Origin: Hydrurus foetidus
Taxonomy: Eukaryota
Reading direction: 5' to 3'
DNA length: 43,210 bases
Assembly (NCBI GenBank): GCA_900617105.1
Contig: UYFQ01000392.1
Span: 1 to 43,210, forward strand
Positions 23,810-36,819 of this stretch are shown piece by piece (position 1 is the stretch's first letter; each line of letters opens with the position of its first letter). The notes under the pieces were generated by a model. The model did no database searches. It was given only the letters and a program-made list of their open reading frames with translations, and was not told where the DNA came from. A program made the translations under genes and the position numbers.

Positions 23810-24153
23810 TGTAGTAATATCAGTATTATGTAGACTAGATATTCCGTATGCGAATTGTGATGCTATTATCTGTATTTCATATTTGAACCACACGTACGGT
23901 GTTGCACCAGAGCAGTACCGTACTACATACGATTGAACTAGATTAGCTACCTACTCTTTGAAACAACTACCAACCGAACTCGATAACTACTGCGTTGCAG
24001 CAGTGCTAATTAACCCAATCTCGTAGCCGATACCAACTCTTCTCTTGCAAACGAATTGCGACGAGTAAAGAGCCCTCGGAGAGAGCAGTGGGGAGCTTGT
24101 GATCAGCCGTACTGGCACATACGTATGCCCTTGTGAGACCACTAATCACAACA
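23810..24153 (+). repeat. Copia B 3' LTR, copy 2 (344 bp)
   Basis: TGTAG...CAACA; PPT AGGGGTG at 23803-23809. Confidence 0.95.
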
Positions 24154-24233
24154 GGGGACCAGGAAGTTCAGTTTTCAATGTTGGACTATGGACCCTCTCT
24201 CCATCACCAACATCCAACATACAACATCTCAAC

Positions 24234-24352
24234 GAGCCCGTTCGATGAAAAATATTCCGCTAGAAATTAGATCCGGTTTCAGTGATTTGGGGTGAAATGG
24301 CTAGCTTCAGAAAATCTACTTTTCGGCCATTTCTGAAAAAATCTAGCGGATT
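24234..24352. mobile_element. MITE-like element, left part (continues at 37669-37730; ~181 bp reconstructed)
   Basis: 13-bp TIR GAGCCCGTTCGAT (24234-24246) is the reverse complement of ATCGAACGGGCTC (37718-37730); AAC on both outer flanks; split by copia C at the TSD GGATT. Confidence 0.6.
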
Positions 24353-24744
24353 TCTTGGAATAAAACTGTCTTGTGGATCCTAGATCCAGTCAGAGCACCT
24401 GGTTGATAGCAGCGATTCGTTTAGAACACACTTTGCTTTCAGCTAGTCGACCAAAGTTGCTCCAACAGCTCACTCAAGTGTAGGCATAATGGCACACAGC
24501 CATATAGTCTCTTTTAATTAGAAGTGCTCATCATGTCAAAACAAAGCAGTTCATGGCTAGCTATACTAGCTACAGTTGACTGTTCACAGTCATCATCAGT
24601 TGCAACTTCCAGTACAGTTCGAGTGATGGTCTTGAGTCTGAAAACGCTACCCTCGCTCCTCCGCTTGGGCTTAGATGATATTACCCCAAAGGGATTTCCC
24701 CCAAGGGGATCGTCCCCATAGGGATAGCTATGCTATATCCAACA
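24353..24744 (-). repeat. Copia C 3' LTR, copy 2 (392 bp)
   Basis: Matches 37272-37663. Confidence 0.95.
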
Positions 24745-24908
24745 CACCCCTAATGTCATAAGCATTCAGGCGGCATATTCGTATATTTTCATGGGAATGA
24801 AACATAAATCGTATTTGTATCTGCTGTAAGCTATAGTGATCACAACATGTATTGTTGCTAATAAAATTTTAAAAAATAGCTCAACTGTAAGTCAATAGTG
24901 TATACTAC

Positions 24909-27900
24909 TTAATTTCCCATAATTTTCTTCACCATCTTGGAAAAAACCGTTCCTTGTAGTGGGTTGGTGTAGTAATCGGATGTCATATCCTCAGTGGGCA
25001 CATAGATAATGTTTACGGCACCGATACGGATGTAGTCTGAGATCCAGAATTTCCGTACCTCAATAAACCGGGTGGTCTCTGCGGTAGACCGACCTTTGCT
25101 CAGCAACGCAATGCATGATTGGTTGTCTTGTTCCAGCCTCGCTGGGTGTTTCCCATGTCCTTGGTACGCAATAAACCCAGCAAGCCATAGTGGAATGTTC
25201 ATGCCGTCGGAAACTGCAATGATCTCGGACTCCGTACTTGACTTGGAATTGAGCCTCTGGACCTTGGAACTCGTAATAAAATATCCCACCCCCAATGTGA
25301 CACACATTCCTGAGGTTGACTTCATCATATCTCGGTTAGCAAATGCGGCATCAATTGATACTGTAACTGTCAGTGGTAATGTGCAACCGAGTCGTAGGTG
25401 CTTGTCTCTAGTAGCCCTCAGATAGCATATGAGCCTATCAAGTTTCTTTTCGTCTTCTGTTGTTGGTGCCTTTACACGTTTGCAAAGTTCACCTAACACT
25501 AATACGATATCCGGACGCGTTCGGTTCCCCAGGTATAGCGCTGTAGCGACGTCTGTATGGAAGGTTTTAGCGTCTTTCTCATTCAGGGATTTGCAGTCCA
25601 AGGTCCGCTCAAATAGGTGTGGGGCACCGGGTGACGATGGATTCCCAATGAGGTTCATACCTCGTTCGGCATGGCTTTTTTCCCTTGATGAGATCAGATC
25701 TTGAATCATTCCGATCTGTGTGACCTTTACAAATCCTTTCTCAGTGAAATCCCACGTGCAACCTAGGTACGGTACGACACGCTCTTGAGTGGTACGGAAT
25801 TGTCCGTACGTTTTCAGCAAAGTTTGCTCAAAATCCAAAACTGCTTTCTTGCCCACACACGTCATCATTAAGTCGTCTACGTAGACTAGGATAGTAAATT
25901 GGTTCCCTTTGACGTCCTTATTAAAGACGCAAATATCGCGCGGGTTGGCCGTAAACCCATTACGGCCAAGTGTTCCGGCTATTTCGTTATACCATAGTTT
26001 GGCGGACTTGATACATCCGTAAAGTGCTTTGTCCAGTCTCACCACTAACCCTCCATTGTGTCTTCGGTAGCACTTAAATGATTTGTCTTGTTTGATGATT
26101 GCGTCGGCCACATTCTTATCAATGAACATATGGAGGATTTTATCCGGTTTTTCCTTAGGCATATCGGCGTTGAGGTACGCGGACCCAACGTCCCCGACCA
26201 TAATGAAACGGTTTTCCGCAGCAGCAATCTGTGCAACTGTAAAGATGGAAGCTATAGTCGCTGTAGGTGACTCAACTTCATCTGCAGCGTAGTCTTCTCT
26301 AACTTGAGCACGCCCATCCACACAGAAACGTGCCTTGACCTTGTCGATCTGGCGATCACCATTCGAATTCAGTGTTGGGAGGTATTTCTCCACAACATTC
26401 ATGTTAGAACGCAGTATCTTCTGCTTCTGAGTAGGTGATAGCTGTTCCATGTGCACACCCGAAAATGTCCCCTTGGCAAGTAGTGATTTGACCTCTGACT
26501 CGATGGCTGTGGTAGCCTTGAACTGGGTACCCAGTTTCAGTGCCTGGGTAACTGTCATTAATGACCACTCACCCCTAATTCCTTCTTTCCACGTTGAAAT
26601 AGGTAGTTTTTGAGCTACTAAGTTGAGTCTGTCTGGTGGCTTTCGAATTCTCGTCGACTTCTCACGCATTTCAATGGGTGCACTGGGCACGTACGTACGC
26701 ACGGAGGTAGGTAGTGCCTCTAGTTGCTCCTCCAATACCGGTTCAAAATTAGTTTCTGGCCCGGATACTTCGTCAGTAGTGGAAATACTATTATTTTCAT
26801 CGATAGCTGATTCCATTTCACCCCGAATCTCCAATTGGTCTTGTGTAATTTGAGGTTCTATCACGGTATCAGGCGTGTCGGTTTCATCCCGGAACACCGG
26901 TTGTATGGGAGGTGGGTGTCGGAATTGGATCGTGGGTTCTGATTCTGAGGGTGTATCCATTGTTACCACATCATCATCGATATTTTCAGTGATGTCTCTA
27001 TCATGGAAAGTGAATATCGGTTCTTGCGATATGTGAATTTTATTCTTCGATGCCCACCCATTTATAGTGGTGGTGACGAGTGCAGGTATCGGTAGTACCA
27101 CGTAGTGGTTGGCCGATATGATGCTCCTTGTATCGATGCGCATGAAGGAATGAGTGCCTGTGCCATTCATCTTTGGTTCCAGGTATAGGCATCCGATGGT
27201 TCGTGGATCCATGTTGTTGCTAAGCACCCTTGCGGTGACTTGGCAGTATGAGCCGAAAGGCGGTCCAATATCTTTTTTCGTGTCGGCCTTCCTTCCAAAA
27301 AATGCTTCGAAGGGGGAGATCCTATCTGTTCTCGTTGATGAGGGAAACAGTAGAAGCTTCCTTCCTGAGCTTATGACGAGGTGAGGCATCAGTATATCTG
27401 GTAGGAGGTACAACGGATGGTCTCCTTCAGGTGCCTGATCATTCGCTCAATAATGTGATCATGTTGCCCTGGACCAACTGTAATGACCTCGACGCCCATG
27501 GCGTTCATGTCGTTGACAAGTGCCGCAATGCCTCTTTCATTATCGCTGGTAAATTTCACGATGGAAATGCGTCGGGACCCGATAGTTCCGAACATACGCT
27601 TGATGCTCTGTCGGAGCACCGGCGTTGTGAGATTCTCAATGCAGGCCACCAAAACAATGCCCAGTGAGTGAGTAATTGAAACTAGAAATGGGTGTCGATT
27701 TATGAACATGACATCACAATGCATGTGTTGATCGTCAATGTTGCGGGCCGTTGTAGATAGTTGTGGTGGTGGCATAGGCCTCAGCCTAATGGTGCGTCCT
27801 TTGAGCGAAGCAGTGCTTGCTCCCCAAATTGCTGTGGCACGTGCGATGTCTTCAGGTAAGATGTCGCAGTTGAGAAATGTCCCAGCCCTCAAAGCAGAAA

Positions 27901-29725
27901 TGAATTTCTGATCGGGTGGGAATCCTAAACTTGCTTGCAAACGTCGTGCATCGTCGCTTCTTTGAACTTCGCGTTTTGTGAAATTGGCTTCGTTTCCTGC
28001 CGTTGTTTCTAGCTTAGTAGAGTAAAATAAGTTGCTAGATGGTGTTTTCACCACTGCGGGATGTGCATATCCATTTCTGCGCTCTGCGGCGTCAGAGTAT
28101 CGCGGCTCTGGAGGCGTTGCCAAATCGCTGACATACAGCCCACCACGGTGTTGAAATTTGTATGTATTCTGATCAGTGTGAAGCAGAAATGCATCTTGAT
28201 CTATTGTAGAACCTTGGCGAAACTCCCAGTTGTGTCCTTGCAACAGGCAATCCGATGCCGAGATGATGGAAAGTCCAGCTCGCGGATCAAAATGAACAAT
28301 ACCAATGTCTCGAAGAAGTCCTGCTTTAGTTACAGTAAGGGAACCATGCAAGCCTTTGAATACAGTTGGAGTGCATGTTGCAATGTCAGTCAGAACATCT
28401 GCACATGTAATGATGGTTCCAGTAGCTCCTGTGTCGAAGATGGCCTCCGAGGTACTTTGTTGGTTGATGTGTTGGTTTGCGGAAAAATCAGTCCGAGGAC
28501 CGAGGGTTGCGACTTCCACCGGTGGGGTGGTGGTGAGGCACACACTACAGTGCCTGTCGCCATACTGATTCTCGTTAACCTCTTGGTCCCACATTTGGCC
28601 AAAAGCTGTATACCGATTGTCTTCGTCGTTGGTGTCATCTTCGTCGGTTTGTCCAATGACCGAGTATGAAGTTTTTGGTGCTGAATCGGCCTCATCCGCA
28701 GCCTTCTTTCTGCACTCACTAGCACGGTGACCGACTTTCTTGCAATAGTAGCAGGTTCCACTGAACTTGCCTTCCTTTGCTTCCTTAGCAAATTTCACTT
28801 TCGGCTCCTTAATCTTGTCAGCATCGATCTTTTTGGCCTTGTCTTTGGCAGGTGATTTTTCTCCCTTTGGGGGACCACCCTGTTTGCCGGGATTCTTCGC
28901 CGCCAGTGCCGTGTGGGGAGTCGCTATCGCTGATTGCAATGCGCTACCCTTCGCCCCTCGATGGAATCGGGTTGCTCCATTGATGGCCTCCACCAAAGTC
29001 TTCGGATAGATGTCGATAGCGGTGCACTCGAGGGAGTTGCTGAGGTAGTTTTTGTAGTCGTGGTAGACCTGCACGGTGCTACTTAGACCGTCAATTAACC
29101 TCATGGCTTGTTGTTTTGCATCTGGAATTTGTGCTGTTGGTACTCCTGTCGCAGCAAGTCGGTCGAAAAGCTTGACTGCGCGCCGTCCGTACGTTACGAT
29201 CTCTTCGCCCGTACTCATAGTGAGTGTATACCAGTCCCGTAGGGCCTGGGACCGCTCCAATTCCTGATTTCCGTCACATCTGGATGTGACTACTGACTTG
29301 ATTACTGCAAGCAGTTCGAGTGGATCATCGAATTTGACAGCGGCGAATTTGGCATTCACTATCAAAATCGCGTTTAGCGATGGTGAACACATCGATCGGA
29401 TCAGTCGATATGCCGATCGTCGGTCCTCCATTTGCTTCTTTTTCATCTTTGTCACGACTGCTCTCTCACTATTCAAGTCTGCCAACATTAGCTTTGCTCG
29501 AAATCCCTTTGGGTCAGTAGTGTCGTCCAGAGCCTCGAGTTTTGCATAGTTGGGTTCTGCGAATTCGTAAACCTCATACGCAGGTTTTATCGCCAACATC
29601 ATGGGGTCAGGACAGATTGACTCGAGGTCTTGAAAGTTGACTCGCATGTACTCTTTCAGAATCTACATGTTGTCGTCCCATTCTTTCCAGACATTGTGGG
29701 CTATCTCAGGAAGATTCTCTGGCTT
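24909..29725 (-). pseudogene. gag-pol: Copia C copy 2 gag-pol (single-ORF type); N-terminus displaced to 37159-37245 by D
   Basis: ORFs 27389-29647 (CYYCKKVGHRASEC, IFDTGA, INT) and 24909-27413 (RT VYVDD, RH). A 19-bp deletion near 27411 shifts the frame. Removing D rejoins MSQRGEK...DGVK|PENLPE... in frame, with one TAG. Confidence 0.92.
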
Positions 29726-29941
29726 TGTGACCCGCACAGCTGTACAGCTGTACGGGTACCGGCGTACGTTCGGTTCGGATCGAGGACGATCCGAGCCATC
29801 CGATTCATGACTTGCCTATCTCTGTGTTTATCTGTAAGCTAACCACATCTTTAGCCAACAGCACCAGCACAACAGCTGCCTTCCTCTTGCCCCCGCGCCC
29901 CGTTCCATCAGACCCACCGCCGAGCCCAGAGTTAGGCCATA
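29726..29941 (+). repeat. Gypsy D 5' LTR, copy 2 (216 bp)
   Basis: TGTGA...CCATA; matches 36939-37154. Confidence 0.95.
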
Positions 29942-30491
29942 ATACTAGTATTTGGACCAACTTGGTGCTCTTTTTAGAGACCAGTTCCAAAACGCGACCC
30001 AAAAACATCGCCACGACCCGTAAAACGGCGTGCAAACAAGCTAGTAACTTGGAAACAAGTGAAAACAACGTCGAAAGACACTACAAAGGCTACGTCTAAT
30101 CGACAGCCTCTGAAACGCTTTAGTTAAAAAGCTCGAGTCGTCGATATTTTCGCGACAAAATCGTGACGGCTTCAAAACTCGAAGCCTAACGAAGCAAGTA
30201 GCTCTGAATCGAGCAAAAGCAAGTCCCATCGTTATAGAAACGAAAGCTGGCCCAAACGCCCGCAGTTTAGTTCCTTGAGAGGTTCAAACCGCCAGGCAAC
30301 TTTTCGAGCGATTTCCGACGAAATCGCGCGAAAGTAAACCACCAAATAGCTCCATCAGTTGCTAGGATCCTCGATCCCACGACATCATAGCTGCGGGACC
30401 ACATCCTCAGCTCCATAGAGCGCCGCGTCCGAGTTCCGTCGCTGTCCAAGACCCCAAGATCCAGACGTTTCAAGCTCAAGACAAAAGTCCC

Positions 30492-33400
30492 ATGACAAGG
30501 GCCCAAATAAAGAAGAAAGCGGCTGCTAACGCAGCCGCCTCTGCTTCTTCAGCTCCAAGCGCTTCGCGCAGTGCTCCTCTCACTGAGAAGGAAAAGCACA
30601 AAGCGGAGCAGGCCCTTGTAAAGCAAAACATCGAGAAATCGATACAGGCTCTGGCCAAAGAAGCAATACATGTTTCGGCTACCCCAACTCGTCTTGAGGA
30701 CGAACAAATTTTCTTCCAAAGCGTCATAGCAGCAACAAAAGAAATGCAAGCAGCTCACAAACTAGAGCAAGCACAAATAGCTGCTGCACAAGCTGCTGCC
30801 GACGCTTTAGAACCCTCAAACGACGAGCTCCTCGGGTTGGCACCCGAGGAAGCCGAGGGCGAGACAGACTCTCCCCTCGATACCCGCGGGTACTTAAAAA
30901 GAGGGGAGAAACTCGATACTCCCTCCGCGACTGCAACAGATCTGTGCAGAGGACGATCTGTTCGAACCATCAGTCGACGCCAAAGTCAAAACAAAACAGG
31001 CATCCGACACCGGCAAGGCCGAGGCCGACGCCGAGTCAGATCCGGAGGCTGACGCCGACGGTGACGACAATGCCAACAACAACGACGACGACAAACCCCC
31101 GACGAGTCCGACGACGACAACGACAGTAACGTCGACGACGTTAACGACACGGGAGGCGATGGTGGCAACCCCGACAGCTCCTCCGACGAGTCCGACGCAA
31201 GTAGTGGCGACGGGGACGACGGAGAGGGTAACGGGGACGACGACGGGAACGACAACAGCGACGACGATGAGGCGAAAGCTGAAGTCGAAGTCGAAGACGA
31301 CGAGGAGGTCGAACCCGAAAAGTCTAAGCCCAAGGACAAGAAGTCCCTTAAGATAAAACCCCTCGCCAAGAAAAAGTCCCCAAAGGCGGGTCCCAAACCC
31401 GCCCCAAAGGACAAAAAGGTGAAAACCAAAACCGATGCCAAATCCGGTAAAACACACCGCGCGCAAAAGGCGGAAAACTCGGAAGAGGATTCCCCTCCAC
31501 AACGCAAAGCGGGTTTGCAAACCTCCATCATCAACATGAAGGAGGCGTACTACCTCACTCGAGAAAAACTCCTCGACGACGCTGATAAAGCAGCAAGAGC
31601 GTTTTACGAACAAGCATACCGCCCCGGTATGTTAACCAGTTGGGAAATGCTAATCGAAATGGATGCCATCCAAACGATCCGCGACCAGTTGCTTCGATGC
31701 AAAAGCGAGACAGGTTACAACACCAAGACTTGTCTCGCCTGGCCAACGGTCGAAGGCAAAACGTTAACGTTAAAGAACATTGCAAATGATCTTAAAAAGA
31801 TCTTTTACAAAAACAAGCGTACGTCTTCCCATTTCGACTTCGAAATGAAGTTAAAAATTGCAAATTCCGCATCAGCTGGAAAGATCCTTCCGTTGAAGAC
31901 AGAGCTCTCTCTGAGTTCCGTGACATCCTACTCGGATTCTGGACGTCATACGACAATATCGATGCCGACATGCAAAATGATATCTGTAAGGCCTTCTACA
32001 AGAAGCTGCCAAAGAACAACAAGTTTACAGACAATTTCATGGCAAAGACAAAACGTAAGACGAAAAAGACCGGGAAAGATACCATCTTCAAAATGCTCAC
32101 GCGTCTTGTCGTCATGCTGGGCGAAGCACGCCAGATGATCAAAGACGCGGAGGACATGGGAGGTCTCGACTTCGTCTTCGAGTCAAAGCTCACGCCAACC
32201 GACCAAGACGACGCTGAGGTCGCACCTCACCGTGACAGCCACTCGGCTAACGCCTACAAGGCAATCCCAAAACGTCAGGTGGACCCTGAGTCGTCCGGCC
32301 TCAGCCGGGCGACCAACTTCTGTCACACCTGTGGCAAAAAGGGACACAACCGTTATGAATGCCAAAACCACATGAACCCTCACTGCAACCGTAGTCATCG
32401 CACTTGGTCGCAGTCTGAGGAGGCAAAGGACTTCAAACGGATTGGTCACGAATTCTTCGTACCAAATGTGTACATCAACGGGGAACTTACCCGGGACACC
32501 AACAACCCCGGGGCAGCTACCTACGTGTATCCATCTGACGATGTTGAGAACAACTTCTCTCCTCCAGGGAGAGCCCAAGACGACCGTCCGACCAAGAAAC
32601 AAAAGCTGGCCACCAACAACAACAACAAGTACAACAAGTACAAGAGCAACCAGACTCAACCGGATAGGGACAACGATCGTTCCAACACGAACAAGTTGAG
32701 CTCCAACTACAAGGGAAAAAGTAAGTCACAACTTGCTAACCCAAGTACGGACATAATCGAGTACGCTCGAGAATTACCGTCAATGAAACAACTTCTATCA
32801 GCTGTATTAACTGAAAACATAGATGATTTCTTACAAGTTCACATATCTCTACCACAGATCCGATCGCCAACTTCAAACCAAGTCGCGACCGACCTGACGA
32901 TCGCAGGGACAACTCGCACCAGGCGGAGAGCAAGGAGGGGGACAGACATAAGTCTTCCTCTTCTTCCTCCTCCTCCAACCAATACGTGCCAAACTAGAGG
33001 CATGGAAGCCTTGGCCCAAATCGACACTGGATGTCAAGTCGGGGACGTCATCAACGGTAGAGTCCTTCGGGGCCTCCGTGGCGAAACCCACTTGAGGAAT
33101 TCCGACTCACCCATGTGGATGTGTAGTGGCTTAAATAATCAATGTGTAGAATCTACAAATGTGCTTGATATTGTTGTATCATTTAATAAAGACGATTTAA
33201 AACACACTTTTAGTCTTCCTGTCCGAATAGCTCCGGAGTCAAAAGTCGACCTAATCTTAGGATTACAGACTATAAAAAATTTAAATTTAGTAAAAATAAT
33301 ACCAGAGTTCTTCCAGAACCTCGATAAAATAACGCCTAGTGCGATACCAGCTTCACCGCTGAAGAAACAAAGGGTGTCGTTCTCGGCTGAGGACGATGCA

Positions 33401-36400
33401 CAAGTACCACACACGGTACTCATAGACACCGAACTACCCCCGAGGTAATATCAGCCGAATCAGCGTCAGCAGACACAATCCAAACGGAAATTCCTTTACC
33501 GTTACTAACGGAAAAGGACACTGTCCAAAAGGAAAGTAAAATAGCTGACCCAGGGTCCCCACTACCTCCTGGCATTTCTGTCATGGAGGGCATAAATCCC
33601 TCGACTACAGACTTTCCCCGGCAGGATAACCTGGTAGCTCGAGGTGCTTGTACACACAAGACTTGCAACTCTTCATGCGGGTGTTCTACAAGCTCAGCGA
33701 CGGCAGTTGCTCAGCTTGCTTCCGATGAGTCCATACTACGCACCACCAATTTGACAACACTAGTGTTGCCACTTCCGCGTCAGAATGGATCTGGTGTAAA
33801 AACCAAAAGGCGTAAGAGAGTAGCTACTCTTACACCCTCATCCATAACACCAACCGAAACGCGTGGTATTGCGGCAGCTCTACTTAGGGAGGAAGACGAA
33901 GACCTCCCTGAGGTTCGGTCTTTCCGTGATAAGGAAGGGATCGACTACAAGTCGAAGGATACCTTCGCTCCTTTTCAAGACAATCCAAACAACGATTCGA
34001 TGTACTTAATTGATTTAATACATATCGATGGTACACCAACTGAGATTGCCGAAATTAAAGCGATTTGCATAAAACACAAATCGCTTTTCAAAAACGAGCT
34101 GGGTCCAGAACCCGCTCGAATTCCTCCTTTTGATTTCAAAAAGGTAAACATACCTCAATGGAAACACTTCCGTAATCGGGGTGCTCCCAGAGTCGCTTCA
34201 ACGATGCGACAAGAGGAAATCAGGAAACAAATCGTAGCAATGCTCAAAAAGGGAATAATAAAACCATCAGATGCCTCATATTACTCCCAAGTAATACTTG
34301 CAAATAAACCAGACGGTTCACTCCGATTCTGCATAGATTACAGGAACCTCAATGAGGCAACCGAATCTGCAAGTTGGCCGATCCCAAATATAAAACAAAT
34401 GTTATACAGACTTGGCGCCCAACGGCCAAACGTATTCGGCGTAATCGACCTTACGGCCGGATACCACCAAGCCCCAATAACACTGGCGGCACAAGTATTT
34501 ACCGCATTTATAACATTTATGGGTATATACCAATTCACACGACTACCATTCGGTCCCAAGATGGCCCCATCATACTTTCAACAGATGATGGCGTCAATAG
34601 TACTACTTGGCCTTATATACAGCATCTGTGAAGTCTATTTAGACGACATCATCATATATGCTGATGGACACATCCAATTCTGTGAACGTTTAGAAACATT
34701 GTTTCAACGTCTAGAAGATAAAAACATTTCACTCAAAGCTGCAAAGCTAAGACTTAACGTCAAAGTAGTTGAATATGTTGGTAGACAAATATCTAAGGAA
34801 GGTATATCAATGAGCTCCAAAAAGATAACGGGTGTGACTGACTTTCCGATGCCAAGAAAGACAACTGAACTACGTTCGTTCCTCGGTCTCACCAATTACT
34901 TTAGGGATCATGTACCAAATCACTCAAATGTGGTAGCACCGCTACACAAAATGATAGATCACGCCGCCAAAAAGCAAACATTGCTTGTCTGGACAGACGA
35001 AGCGGCCGACGCGTTTACGTTAGTCAAAGATCTTATCTCCAAGAGTCCCTTATTATATTTCATCGACGATGTAGCACCTATTACCCTCATGACAGATGCG
35101 TCTGACTACGGTATAGGTGGTTATTTATATCAAGAAGTCGACGGAGTCAAACAACTCGTCGCTCTCGTAAGCAAATCTCTTACCAAGACCCAGTTGAAAT
35201 GGTCCGTAATACAAAAAGAGGCTTACGCCCTTTACTTTTGCTGTGACTATCTCGACGCCCTGCTACGAGATCGTAAGTTTACTATCCTGACCGATCACAA
35301 AAATCTTACTTTCCTGCACAAGGATAAAAATGAGATGGTCGGAAGATGGCGCTGTGCGCTACAGGAATTAGATTTTACGATAGGGTATATCCCTGGGAAA
35401 AATAATGAAGTCGCTGACGCAATGTCACGCCTATGTAAAAACAAGATGCCGAAACACATCATAACAGCAATCCTAACTTGCAAACCGCTTGCAGCGGAAA
35501 TATATGCATACTTAATGCGTGTCCACAACTCTACCGTTGGGCACGGAGGATTCAATCGCACTTTGCGAAACCTAAAAAAATAGGGAAAGTATGGGAAGGC
35601 ATGAGACACGATATAAGAGCATACATTAAACAATGCCCGTGTTGCCAAAAGATGTCTGCTGACAAACAAAAACCCGTCACCCATCGTTTCACAACATCAA
35701 CATATGCACCTATGGAATGCATAAACATAGACTTTATTGGTCCATTCCCGGATAAAGGATACATCCTTGTTATGGTAGACACCTTCACAAGGTTTGTCGA
35801 ACTATCAGCCACAACTGATAATACTGCAAAATCGGCCGTAACAGGCCTAATAGAACACATCGGTCGCTACGGAGCTCCCAAATTCCTGCGATCCGATAAC
35901 GGTCCCCATTTCGTAAACAAAATCCTCGAGGAATTTGTAAAAGTTGCCGGTACAACACACAACCTTATTCTACCATACTCTTCGCAAGAAAACTCGATAG
36001 TAGAGCGTATGAATAAGGAAATTAACCGACACATCACGGCATTTACATTTGACCGTGCAACTACGGAAAACTACCGAGAAATTTTACCATTCGTACAACG
36101 AATTATAAATACGACATTCAACGTACGGACACAGTCAACAGCAGCAAAGCTTATATACGGCAATGCTATTGACCTTGATGCCAACATCCTTCTCCCTCGA
36201 GATGAGATAAACTTAGACATGGCTCATGTCACCCATTCTACTGAGAAAATTATGCAGATGCAAGATGAACTCATCAGAATCACTGCTGAACTACTCAAAG
36301 AAGCGGACGAGAAACGAAAAGCAGGCGGTTCCACCGACTACACAACGTTCGAAATCGACTCGTTGGTACTGGTTACCCACCGCACATCAAAACCAACACG

Positions 36401-36788
36401 CATGCACACTTTATGGAAAGGTCCCATGCAAGTGGTCGCAAACGATCTCGACGAGTATACACTACTCGATCTTATTACCAACCGCGAAAAAAGATACCAT
36501 GTATCAAATATTAAACAATTTGAGTTTGACCCCACAAAGGTCAACCCAACCGATATCGCCCGACGAGATTATCTCGAATTCTTTATCGAAGATATCCTAG
36601 CAATGGAAGGGAACATCCGAGTGGTGGGAACATTAAAGTTTCACGTAAAGTGGCTAAATTATCCCCACGACAGAAACACTTGGGAACCGTGGAAAAACAT
36701 GCGTGACGCTGAAAAAGTCCACGAGTTCTTAATTGCTAAAAACCTAAAACACTTGATTCCAAGTAAATTTGCTGAAAATTATCGTTAA
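30492..36788 (+). pseudogene. gag-pol: Gypsy D gag-pol (Gag, PR, RT, RH, INT, chromodomain) with several frameshifts
   Basis: ORFs 30492-31052, 31419-32138, 31970-33448 (CCHC knuckle; QIDTG protease), 33583-35583 (RFCIDYRNLN, VYLDD, TDASDYG) and 35478-36788 (CPCC, IDFIGP/SDNG, WKGPM, VKWLNY...TWEP chromodomain). Confidence 0.93.
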
Positions 36789-36819
36789 CCGATATACAGT
36801 ATGAAACACATAGGTTTAT

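Larger units (their letters stand above)
17843..24153 (+). mobile_element. Ty1/copia family B, copy 2, full length (6311 bp), 5-bp TSD GGGGA
   Basis: Two 344-bp LTRs with ~2 differences by eye; TSD at 17838-17842 and 24154-24158; gag-PR-INT-RT-RH. Confidence 0.97.

Noticed and set aside
29941..29952. 12-bp palindrome AATACTAGTATT at the D LTR/PBS junction as a priming structure
   Set aside because: Not preserved in copy 1 (AATACTAGTTTT).
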